This document shows positions 51,950-62,478 of a stretch of DNA of 64,000 nucleotides, one piece after another; position 1 is the first letter of the stretch, and every line of letters starts with the position of its first letter. The notes beneath the pieces were generated by a model that searched no databases, had not been told where the DNA came from, and saw only the letters and a program-made list of their open reading frames with translations. Origin of the DNA: Dimorphilus gyrociliatus (taxonomy: Eukaryota; Animalia; Annelida); the NCBI GenBank assembly GCA_904063045.1, contig CAJFCJ010000017.1:186001-250000 (forward strand). Direction: 5' to 3'. The position numbers were made by a program, and so were the translations under genes.

Positions 51950-52668
51950 AATAATCCAAAAGAATAGAAGATCGAGTTTAAACTGACAGAATTCAATTTT
52001 GCAACAACACTATATATAGTCTTTTAACAGTTGTTATTTATTATCAGATAAGATAAAAGACGAGATTTTATATTAAAGAATTAAAAACTCAATAAAAATA
52101 TTTCTATTATATTGAATTTTTTATTGTTTTGAACAGTGAAAAAATTGAATATTTTCAATAGAATTCACTTTAAAAGAGCATCTTTTTAATAGGTTTTTAA
52201 GACGGAATCGTAATATTGGTGGTACCTTTGTCTTTGTCTAATAGATAAGAAACATTTTCAATACGATGAGACTTACAATTTATCCATATCATTGGATATC
52301 TTATAATTCTTCTTGAAGATAATATCGGCCGTTTGGTTACATTACTACTTTTGAAGTTATCTTTCTCTAACTTAATATAGCTAAATAAACGAATTATCGT
52401 GTAGAATTCCGAGTATTTGATACAACTTATATTGAATTTTTATGAATAAATTAACTCTTACTTGAGAGATTAAACGAAAATATGAAATAATATAAAGTTA
52501 CTAATATTATTGGCCTAACTAATTCATTTAAGAGGAAATTGTATGAAATGTAATATAATAATTGAAATAAACGTAGCATTTAGTAATAAATTAGTATACT
52601 AATTTTATTAAAGCTGATGCAAAGAACAAGGTGATAGTTAGTTTCGTATTTTCGATCTAATCTCCAAC

Positions 52669-53631
52669 ATGGAATCTTTACTTAATAAGATATTTAGCGA
52701 GAGAGAGAGAGAGAGAGAGATGCGAAATGTTACCTATTCAGCAGATTCTCCAAATTATACTGTCTTCTTACCATTTTTCATCTATATTGGTGGAATAATG
52801 ACTATTGGAATTATTTCAAACTGTATCATTCTCTTCCTTTATCCTTTTAAAGCGAAGATGATGTCGACGAATTTTTTCATAAGACTTTTAGCAGTTAACG
52901 ACATATCTTCGTGCGTAGTATGTTGCCCAATAACTATCCTAATGGAATTGGGTTTAATACAATCAAACTTCCTGTGTAAACTATTGAATTTCTTTGTAAG
53001 TTTCATTACCAGCTGCTCTGTATTTGTATTTGTATTTGTATCAATTGAACGATGGTTTTGCATCTGTAGACCTCATTTGAGGGTAACAGGACAGAAAATA
53101 ATGATTATGATGTCCTTTATCATTACAATTACGTTATCGTATAGTATTTTCAATATATTCATCTTTGAAATTGGACCGTATGAAAGATGGGACGGTAGAC
53201 TATTCGAGAATTGTCATATTAAGAGAAAATGCCTTTTGTGCAGGATAAACGGTTATATTGTCTCTATAATTGGAATATTTACAATAACAGTATCATTTAC
53301 ATTATATATTCTAATTTATAAAGTAATTATAACTCGTAAGCTTAGAATAAGAAGCAATAGAATATCTATACAAAATGGAATGTTGGAAGATAGTACAACC
53401 TTTCTAAAACATGCTAGAGTGTCTACTATGCTATTTGGAGTTACAACGGTGTTTGTATTAGCTTGGATACCATTCATTTTAGAAATTATTGGACTTGCGC
53501 CTAAAATTCAAATATTATATTATAGTTATTTTATTAATAATTGCGTTAATTGCTTTATATATCTAGTGTTTCGTTCAGATTTCAGAAACAGGGTATTTTC
53601 ATTGTTACTTTGTAAAAGATACCAAGATTAA
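52669..53631 (+). CDS. Orphan rhodopsin-family (class A) GPCR, intronless
   Basis: Seven hydrophobic segments; SN in TM1, LAVND in TM2, Cys before TM3, SIERW (DRY-like), FVLAWIPF in TM6, NNCVNCFIY in TM7. The real start may be ATG 52720. Confidence 0.9.
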   Translation: MESLLNKIFSEREREREMRNVTYSADSPNYTVFLPFFIYIGGIMTIGIISNCIILFLYPFKAKMMSTNFFIRLLAVNDISSCVVCCPITILMELGLIQSNFLCKLLNFFVSFITSCSVFVFVFVSIERWFCICRPHLRVTGQKIMIMMSFIITITLSYSIFNIFIFEIGPYERWDGRLFENCHIKRKCLLCRINGYIVSIIGIFTITVSFTLYILIYKVIITRKLRIRSNRISIQNGMLEDSTTFLKHARVSTMLFGVTTVFVLAWIPFILEIIGLAPKIQILYYSYFINNCVNCFIYLVFRSDFRNRVFSLLLCKRYQD

Positions 53632-53873
53632 TTAAATGATGAAAAATTAGGTCATTCATCTTTTAGAAAGTTTCTTCTTTATCTAGATTAACAATATGGC
53701 GTCCGGCATTTACTCAAATTGAGTAATGTCAATCCTACAATTTGCAAGTGGTGCGTATACTAATCACTACCTATCACGTACAAATCGCGTACACCTCGCC
53801 TACTCACCGAACATCTAATTAGTTTTTTGTTTTATAGATTGGGAGAGCAGCATTAAGATTTTTTTTTAAAAAA

Positions 53874-55583
53874 ATGAATACCACACCCTATGACAAACAA
53901 CAGGATCGAACAGCGAACAAAAGGCAAGCCTGGAAAAGTGATGACATAGCAGCTTCAATTATAAGTGACACGGAGTCGCCTAGCGAAATTGCTGAGAAAA
54001 TAGCAGCGGCGTTCGATTTTCTTCCAATACTGAATACTACAACGGACAAAGAATATGAACCGGATAGCGCGAAGACGAGCCAATCTGAAAACCTATCACA
54101 GAATAGTTCGTTATCATCAGCTGACGAGCAGACCGGTGCACGACCTTCTTCTCTGACGTCAGCAGCTGAAAATCGGAATGGTTTACATCAAAGTATGGAT
54201 ATTTCAATGGAACCGTCAGTTCAGAGTAACGATGAAACAAGAAAAATAGATGAAAGCCCTAACATTGAATATAGAGTGATTGGTAATAAAACCTCTGCAA
54301 GGAAACCTGGAAATCATGCGAATCAATTTGAACAGCAAACTTCAACGTCAGCTTACGAAGGAACGAATGAAGTTTGCGTTGAAACGGAACCTTTAAAAAG
54401 AAAGGAATTTCAATTGCGACCGGCAACTCCGTTCCGTCCTGTGATTATTGATAAGAACCACATGGATTCTACGTATTCAAAAGATGTCTCTTCCCCTTCG
54501 AATGAAGTTCAGGAAAGCCCAATAAATCGATTGGAGTTTTCTTATAACGATATATATAAAAAAAAGAAAGATCTTAAGGCAAATGAGAGAGCTACTGACA
54601 ATAATAATGTTGACAATAACCACAGTAAAAATAATAACCGTAGCGGTAAAGTATCGAAAGCACAAGTTAATACGAAGAAAATTACTACTTGTAGGAAGGA
54701 GATTAAAACTAAACCAGATGGAAAATCTGATGAGCTTGAATCGATTAAATTACAATTAGATATGTTGAATAAAAAGTTTGATATTTTCAACGAATTTCAA
54801 CTTAAGTTTAATAAAGAGATATCGTCTGTTAAAGTTCAACAAGAACGCCAAACAACAAATAAAAGCACGAAACAACCCGTTCAAGAGTTGGTGAAATCTA
54901 AAAGCGCAAAGTCATCACCTGCTTTATCCGTTTGTAGTAATGTTGATAATTCAACAACAACAACAACAACAGCATTGAGTGTAGCGACTCTATGCAATGA
55001 TTTTCTAAACGAATTTAATATATTTGACGGTAAGCAGGAAAACTTTGGAAAGTTCTTAGTTAAGCATAGAGATGCTATCAGAGTATACGAATTTAAAGGA
55101 GAGGAGAGACTTCAACTTCTTTTAAATCAAGTTGGTCCAAATATTCGGGTATACTTGAAAAAGAAACGGATTGGCAATAAAATTGAATACGATAACGCTA
55201 TGAAGGTATTAATTGACAAGTACGGTAATTATAGGAGATTATCCAAGATGTATACAAAAATACTAGCACAATTACAACCTCTTAGCTATTTAGTTCCGTC
55301 GACTTATAAGAATTTAATGGATATTTTAACGAATATTAGAGATACGTATGAATTAACTGGATTATCAGATTGCCGATTCATAGGAGTGCATATTCACACA
55401 ATCGTTAAAAAGCTCTTACCAAAAGATTTGCGGAAAGCGTGGCGTAGACAAAAACGTATATTAATTGATCAGCAACAAAATCCATCTATTAAAGAGTTTA
55501 TCGAATTTCTTGAAAATATAGCTGTTAAGAATATGTTGAAAGTTCGAAAAAAATGCCTTCTTCAATGTCAAATGCCATGTTAA
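53874..55583 (+). CDS. Stand-alone Bel/Pao gag-like (DUF1759-like) ORF with long disordered N-terminus and coiled coil, 569 aa
   Basis: C-terminal third: FDGKQENFGKF..ERLQLLL..EYDNAMKVLIDKYG..KKLLPKDLRKAW..PSIKEFIEFLE, matching the Bel/Pao gag pattern. No zinc knuckle, protease or pol follows. Confidence 0.7.
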   Translation: MNTTPYDKQQDRTANKRQAWKSDDIAASIISDTESPSEIAEKIAAAFDFLPILNTTTDKEYEPDSAKTSQSENLSQNSSLSSADEQTGARPSSLTSAAENRNGLHQSMDISMEPSVQSNDETRKIDESPNIEYRVIGNKTSARKPGNHANQFEQQTSTSAYEGTNEVCVETEPLKRKEFQLRPATPFRPVIIDKNHMDSTYSKDVSSPSNEVQESPINRLEFSYNDIYKKKKDLKANERATDNNNVDNNHSKNNNRSGKVSKAQVNTKKITTCRKEIKTKPDGKSDELESIKLQLDMLNKKFDIFNEFQLKFNKEISSVKVQQERQTTNKSTKQPVQELVKSKSAKSSPALSVCSNVDNSTTTTTTALSVATLCNDFLNEFNIFDGKQENFGKFLVKHRDAIRVYEFKGEERLQLLLNQVGPNIRVYLKKKRIGNKIEYDNAMKVLIDKYGNYRRLSKMYTKILAQLQPLSYLVPSTYKNLMDILTNIRDTYELTGLSDCRFIGVHIHTIVKKLLPKDLRKAWRRQKRILIDQQQNPSIKEFIEFLENIAVKNMLKVRKKCLLQCQMPC

Positions 55584-56013
55584 AGGTTACGCCTTGATCC
55601 AAGCGGAATTAAGTAAATTCAATTTTTCATCTTTATTATGATTATTATATTAGTTAGAAAAGATATATTATGATTTATGTATATCTCTTTTCATTATTGA
55701 TTATACTGTATATACAATCTTTTGACAAATATAAGACACGCCTTTTTCTGAAATATTTAATCAACGTAAGGCGTCTTTTGTTTTGTGTCCGTTCAATATT
55801 TGTTTGTTTCATGTATATGTTCTATATAACGTCAGTTACGTGAGGGATAGGTGCTATATTTCAGCTTTAAAATAACAGTATCATTATGATTCTTATTATT
55901 CGTTCGTTTCTTTTAATTAGTCGTGACAAAAGTGTTTAATATATTATAATACGAATCAATCGACTGTCCTTTGAAATCATTTTCCTGATGTATTCCTAGT
56001 TTTGATATCAATT

Positions 56014-57174
56014 TCAAATACAAACATTCACCAATCGCTCTTTTCCAACCAATTGAATTTCGCATAATTTCGTATTTATTGAAAGGATTTGAACGATAAT
56101 CTCGTAATAATTTTCACCCTGACAAGAATATCTACACATTTTCACTCCAGCTTCGATTACGTTACACGTAAACGAATAGATTTGTTGTTTTCCATAAACA
56201 TATATATTTTTACATTCTTCTTTATCGTCACTAAAGAAAATGATAACATCAATTCGACTTTTCGTCTTGATTAGTTCACTTGTTTTGTAGACAAGTTTGG
56301 CGAAAGGCGGTAGAAATAAGGATAGGGACGTACAATCCGTTTTACCATCGCCAAGAGATTCAATAAAACTCCGATACGACTGCTCCGGTATACAAAAATT
56401 GTCGATAGAGAAGTTAAATAAAGCTTAAAAGAAACATTGTTTCTATTACATGATAAACTCTAAATTCTTCAAAAAAAGAGACGTTACTTAGACATTTCGG
56501 CCTCTGATAAGAAGTCTTCAAGCCGTCGGAGCTGAGCGATCCTTTAACTGACGTATGACTTAAAAATATACAGTCGGTTGGTGAAATTATTATAGAGTCG
56601 CAGGTATTATCCGAACTGCAAATCTCTTGACAATGAGAGGTATTTGTACTACTAATATGCGAGAGTACAATACAAGTACCACATTGTTCTATATAAAGCG
56701 AAGTATCTATTTCCCAATTGTCACAGTCTGCAGTTTAAAGACATAAATTAGAAAGAAATAACATTGAAGAAAAAGGTAAATTTACCTGGATTAACAATCT
56801 TATTAAAGTATATTGTATCGATCTGGTCAGCTAAAGAGTGAGAATGAGAGCCAAATTTTTTTATTGAGCACTTTTTAGTTTCCTCTCGGAATTCGAAACT
56901 AGAACAATCCGCTTTTCCGTTACATTTATCAAAGCATGCATCTAAATTTGATACTGTATTTTGCTGGATAGGACTTAAACCAGTTAGTTTTTTATTAGCA
57001 TATTTTGTGTACAAGTTGCAGTCTGTAAATAGATATTCAAAAATGAAAAAATTAATAAATTAAATAGAATAGTATACTCGACGCATCAATGTAGTTGTTT
57101 CTTAATTCTCTAGCAGTATAAAACTGCAAAAGATGTAATACAAAAACAAAGTTTAGTAATACGTTAAATGCCAT
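56014..57174 (-). CDS. Secreted protein: signal peptide, two PAN/apple domains, Cys-containing C-terminal beta domain
   Basis: Exons 57174-57078 (MAFNVLLNFVFVLHLLQFYTA), 57022-56786 (DACFDKCNGKADCSSFEF..C), 56727-56488 (HCQEICSSDNTCDSIII..C) and 56423-~56014 (..CRYSC..LCEIQL). All phase-1 GT-AG junctions. Most of this is absent from the ORF track; 3' end uncertain. Confidence 0.72.
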
Positions 57175-57749
57175 CAGAGGATAGAGTTTAGATAGTAAAT
57201 GATCTTGCAAAGCTTTCTATGAACATTTGATTAAGCCATTAAATATTTCAACATTCTGTGCATTGAATATTCAAATATTTATAAGTATTGTAATTTTTTA
57301 GCAAACTTTCATTTTACCTATTAAAAATTTATAGATAGTTATGAGTATACCTATATTGTTATATGACAAATGAGAAGGTCATTTAGCTGATCTGTTAAAG
57401 ATCTGTTAATACTTGCTAAAAAAAAAAGTATACAGTATATGGCTATTTTACAAATGATAGTAAATAATTAATAGAATCCTTTCATTTAGAATGGCGAATG
57501 TTTGAAAATATTAACAATATTCTTCAGACAGAATATATGCGTTGACAAAGATTCTCTTTACCTGAAAGTCTATAATGATAGAACGACTATCATGAAGAAA
57601 TTACTATTTATTCTCTCATCCACAAATCCTATATACACTAATATTAGCAATAATATAAAAAAAAGTCTCAAATTCAATGTGTTTTTATTAAAATAAACAA
57701 GAAATTCAACATTTGACTCCTTCTCACTTCAGTTTTCTATTACATCCAA

Positions 57750-59636
57750 GATTCTTTTTGAAGAAGAATATTTTCATTTTGGAATAGACATTATATCGAA
57801 TATAATATACCTTCAGAAGATGGAAGAACATTAACAACTTTACAATTTCTTTGGGAGTAGGTCTCCGTCGTCGATAAAACTCTCGATTGTTCTCGGCTAA
57901 TTGATCTATATTTATTTTTTGTTCAATGATATTGTGAATAGTATGAATTTTTAATTGAAAAGTATGACCTTATTTGTGTTGTATATGGATTGGAATTCTG
58001 AAAGAAATGTAATCTTATAGTATTGAAATTAGTTTCAAAGAAATTTACTGTTTCATTTTGTAGTTCATTAGCTTTCTTTTCATCCGATAAATTATTTAGT
58101 TTCAAATGTGATGTATACCTTGTACGACGATAAATAAATGATCAATTCGTTTAATTTATTAATAAAGGGTTTTACTGTGAATCCAATGATTGTTTTGATT
58201 TAGATGAAGCAGACGTTATAAGATGATAGGTTGAATATAAGAAATAACCAATTTGATATAAGGAAAATGGCCGAGTTTTCTTAGGGTTAAATCGTCTATG
58301 GAAAAAGAAGTCGTAAAGTAAAAGTATACTTTAAATTGAATTAACCTGGCATAATAGAGATGTCGTTCGAAATTAGAAGCTAATCCTAATTCTTCTTGTG
58401 ACTTTATCGAAGACGATGGTAGATCTTTAACTTTTACTATTGTTTCATCTGCTAAATCATTTGAAGCAGATGATTTTAGACATCCGTCGTTATCTTGTAA
58501 TCTATTTGTTCGTAAGCAAAATCGTTAGAACGAGGAGGTGTTACTATTTTATTCATTCTCTTTCTATCATTAATTATAAAAAAAAATGAAATTGAGCTTA
58601 CTGTTTATCTGGAGGAGTTTCATCCATCTCTGCAAGTTTTCCTTCATGGCACGATTCTTGACCGGAAACCGAAGAGGATATTGAAATATAGCTACTATTT
58701 ACAATTGCTTTGTCAGTTGTTTCCATGTTATCACTTTCCTCTTCCCTATTTAAAATTGACTTTGAACATGAAGTTCAATAAAGAGAAGATAAGGTGATAC
58801 CTTAAACGTAAAGATGAACAACATTTATCTAATACTGTTTTCTGTCCATCTTCAAGGTCAATTATCTCTTCGTTAGACGTAGGCAAAGCGTGAATTTTTG
58901 CTTGATTATCTCTCGTAAATAGTGAACATTTGAGCAAAATATATGCAAAACCTGCCAATAAATAGATGGAGGAGATAGAAAGACCAAACCTGGTATCGAA
59001 TTCAATACCATTATAAACAAAGACACTACTAGGCTTGTATACTTGGCACAATAACAGATTATTAACACTAGTATCCAAAAATTTGTAGTAATAAATACTT
59101 AAACCAAACAAATAGATATAATTGAACGTAATTAAAGACACGGAGATAATTATCCCTAAAGAATTGACATAATTTCCAAAACTTTCACAAGGACAAATAG
59201 AACAACAAACAATTATAAATATAAAAAATACAAATGTCAAAGCAACGTAAATAGTCATAAAATAAGGATATTTCCTGTAAAATGTTCAGTTTGTTTTGAA
59301 TAGAATGGAAGAAATGAGAAAAAAAAATGGGAGAAGGAAGGGGGAAAAGAAAGTTTCTCTTTAAACGAATTATTAGATTATTAGTATTTAAAAAATGTGT
59401 GCTTACGGTTTCATATAACTTGTAATAATGCATATTTTCTTTGTTGATTCAATAGTTTCAGTCTTATTTAGTTTATGAAACTTTCCCGAAGAATTTTTCT
59501 CAATTGCCATATAATTTTGTATTTCTGTAAAATCTTCTTGAGCTATTGCATAATGACAAATTGGACCTGACGAAGAAAGGAACAAGATAGTAAATATAGT
59601 TAAAGATTCCAACAGTACTTTGCAGACGGAATCCAT
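57750..59636 (-). CDS. Predicted four-TM protein, paralogue 2, with longer Ser/acidic cytoplasmic tail
   Basis: Exon 59636-59407; exon from 59274 (PKYPYFMTIY); further tail exons (e.g. EEESDNMETTD..ETPPDKQ at ~58745-58605). 3' end approximate. Confidence 0.55.
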
Positions 59637-60080
59637 TTTAGACTAGTTTTATCCTGCTGTTTTGCATTCTGTTTTGTAGTAGAAATCAATAACATCGCCA
59701 TAGATGACTATAAATAAGTCTCTCTCTCTTGTATATACCTCTCCATATTTCATAATGCAGTAAGCTAATACAATTCGTAAAAGATTTTTTCCGTTATATT
59801 TTAATATTAATTAATAGAAACGAATAGTTCAAGTTGGTAAAAGAAATAAAAATATGCATCATACTATCTTTTCTATTATCAAAGATAATCTGTCCTAAAA
59901 AGGGATTATCTCTAATCTATTCCTAAAATAATTTATCTCTAACCTATTCCCAAAATAAATTCATTTCTAGTAACAACAAAGAAACAACAGAGAAACAACA
60001 TTTCCGTAATTTCAAAATGCCTGAATATTTTACTTGAACATGTGAAAAAGTTTATTTTTCTTTAAAATTTTGAAAACTTC

Positions 60081-62186
60081 CTAGAACAGAAGTTTGAAAT
60101 TTTTTAATTTAATACTTTTATCATTATGACATTTCTCGTAGATGATAATCCTTTTTGAGAGAAAATCATTCATCTTATTCATATAATGACCAATTATTGT
60201 ATGCCGAAGTTGGGTTATTGAAGACGGAAGAGGGGAATTCTCAATACCGTCGCATATTTCTTCCATTTCCTCGGCTATCTCTACAATTTGCGAATCAGTC
60301 ATCTGAAGAAGTGGAAAGTAGTGGACGATTACAAATGTACATTATAAATGTCGAAAATAGTACAAACGTTCTTGAAGAAGTCTTCTTCGCATAGTTTATC
60401 GAACGCTATAGTAGTGCTCGTATGCCAAACCCAATGATCAATGTTAGAGGCAACGCTGCACTAAAAGGGAGTTAATTAATTAACCTATATACAACATATC
60501 TAACTACTTACTTACTTGAAAGAATGCGACAAACGATCGCAATAGTATAAAGAACATTATACTATTGGGAATAATCTATTATAAAGAGAAAATGTTACCT
60601 TTTAACAAGAGTATCTCAATTACAAACCTCAACAAACAACGCAAATTTATTATTTAATAAATGCATTAATTGATAATAGAAATAGGACCATGTATCGCTT
60701 GATATTCCCGTCATAGAACGAAATATATGAGCGCACGAAGTAATGGCCTTTATCCAAAAGAATGACTGGCTTGGATAGTAAATTGTTTCGTCTAATATTT
60801 TAAAATATCTTTGAAAGCATAAACCAAAAGTTTGATTTTCCGATATCGATAGATTTAATGGAAGAAACTTTTGATAATCCATAGTTTCCGATAGTATCTA
60901 ATTAATATGTAAATAGGTTAATTATAATTTGGGATATTTAACTAATAAAACGTATTTTACCTCCCAAATTAAAGCGCATTTCTTTAGATTAAGATGAACA
61001 TTCTTAACATTTTTACCATTATTCGTATAAAGTAACCTCTCTAATTGTAAGACGATATCTAGATTAACTTCTCCTTTCATGTTCTTTACTATATTCAAAA
61101 CATCTTCGTATTCGTGATCGTTTAATTTCTACGGAAGAAAAGAAGGTTTTTATCTTTTAAAGAAAGAAGGTCAATCACTTATTACGGAGAAAGATAGCAT
61201 ACCTTTTCTTTAAATGGTAATACTTCAGTTCTATTGTATATAAATACATTTCCTACATTCGATGCGATAACGAAATATTTCAAAAATGGTTTCTTAGCTA
61301 GAATCTCTCTGAAAAAGAAAGGTAAAGGAAGGAGGAGGAGAAGAAGAAGAACATTAAGGATATTATGGGAAAATATGGCAATTTTTAAATTAATTATCGC
61401 TCTTTATCACCTTCTATTAATAAACATTATATCACTTTCGTTATTTGTTAAGAATATGAATAATTTCTCTAAATTCCAATCCGAGTCCATAAAATAATTA
61501 CGAAAATAGTTATATGACGATAATTCAACAATTTTAATATTCAATTCTACAAGAGATTTCACTTTTCTCAAAGTTGAATATTCAATATTAGATTTTGAAT
61601 AATGGAAATATTTAAATACTTTTAAATAGTTCAAGTTTGTTAATTGATCAATACATCTAATTTTACATTTTTCAATATTAAACTCTTCCAAAAGAGGTAA
61701 TTCCGTACAGACTAGATTGAATGCAGTTGTATCAAAAGCCGAATGACTAACGTCCAATTTAAGTAGAGATTTACATTTTCTTAAATAATCTAAACTTCTA
61801 AATATACAATGCTTTCTATTGGAGAATGAGAATTGTTTAAGCCTATTCAAATCAACTAAATTATCCAATTCCTTTAAGGATTTAATCGTATAACAATTTC
61901 GTAGTTCAAGAATTTCTATTGGATGATTTTTTAAAAATTCAAAATTATGAATATTTCGAAGTTTATTTCCATGGATACTGAATTTGATTAATTGAGTTTT
62001 TAGTTGACTGAATAGTGCCAAATTATTAGCAGTTATCCCACAATCAATATCATCTAGATATTTTAGTATTGAAATTGCTAAATAGGAAGGTAATGTATAA
62101 TTTTTAAAGTTGCCTTTATAGAATATTTTCCCAAAGTTTATTGCTAAATACTGAAGAATTAAACTTTCTAAACTTGCTATTGTCAT
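60081..62186 (-). CDS. LRR-containing protein (possibly ZYG11/ZER1-like), multi-exon
   Basis: First exon has LxxLxLxxC/LDVS-type LRRs (IEILELRNC, LLKLDVSHS, LEEFNIEKC). Downstream helical ORF pieces at ~61100-61010, 60882-60616 and 60302-60081 lie on the same strand with flanking splice signals. Exact joining not resolved. Confidence 0.5.
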
Positions 62187-62469
62187 ATTAATATTTTCAG
62201 AATTATGAAAAGTCTAACAATACCAACAAAATCTAATTGAAATTAATGTAAAAGAATCTTGTACAGATACTCTTCACCTTCAATATTTTACTACTTACTT
62301 CTTCGATTCAATTTCAATTCAATTCTTATAAATCAACAGTTCTATCTAGGCGTTTAATTACACCTTTTAATAATGAATATATTGCGAAAGATTAGTATTA
62401 CGAAATGCTGTTCGCTAATCAGAGCACAATTTGCTAAATGCCATAAAAAAGTTTTCGTTCGTCTGCTTT

Positions 62470-62478
62470 GGCCAATCA
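62470..62478. promoter_or_regulatory. Candidate CCAAT/NF-Y box upstream of the LRR gene
   Basis: GGCCAATCA matches the RRCCAATSR consensus, about 285 bp upstream of ATG 62186. Motif match only. Confidence 0.3.

Noticed and set aside
53697-53704. TGGCGTCC as a tRNA primer-binding site before the gag-like ORF
   Set aside because: Only 8 nt, no adjacent LTR end, and equally explained by the YY1-type motif.
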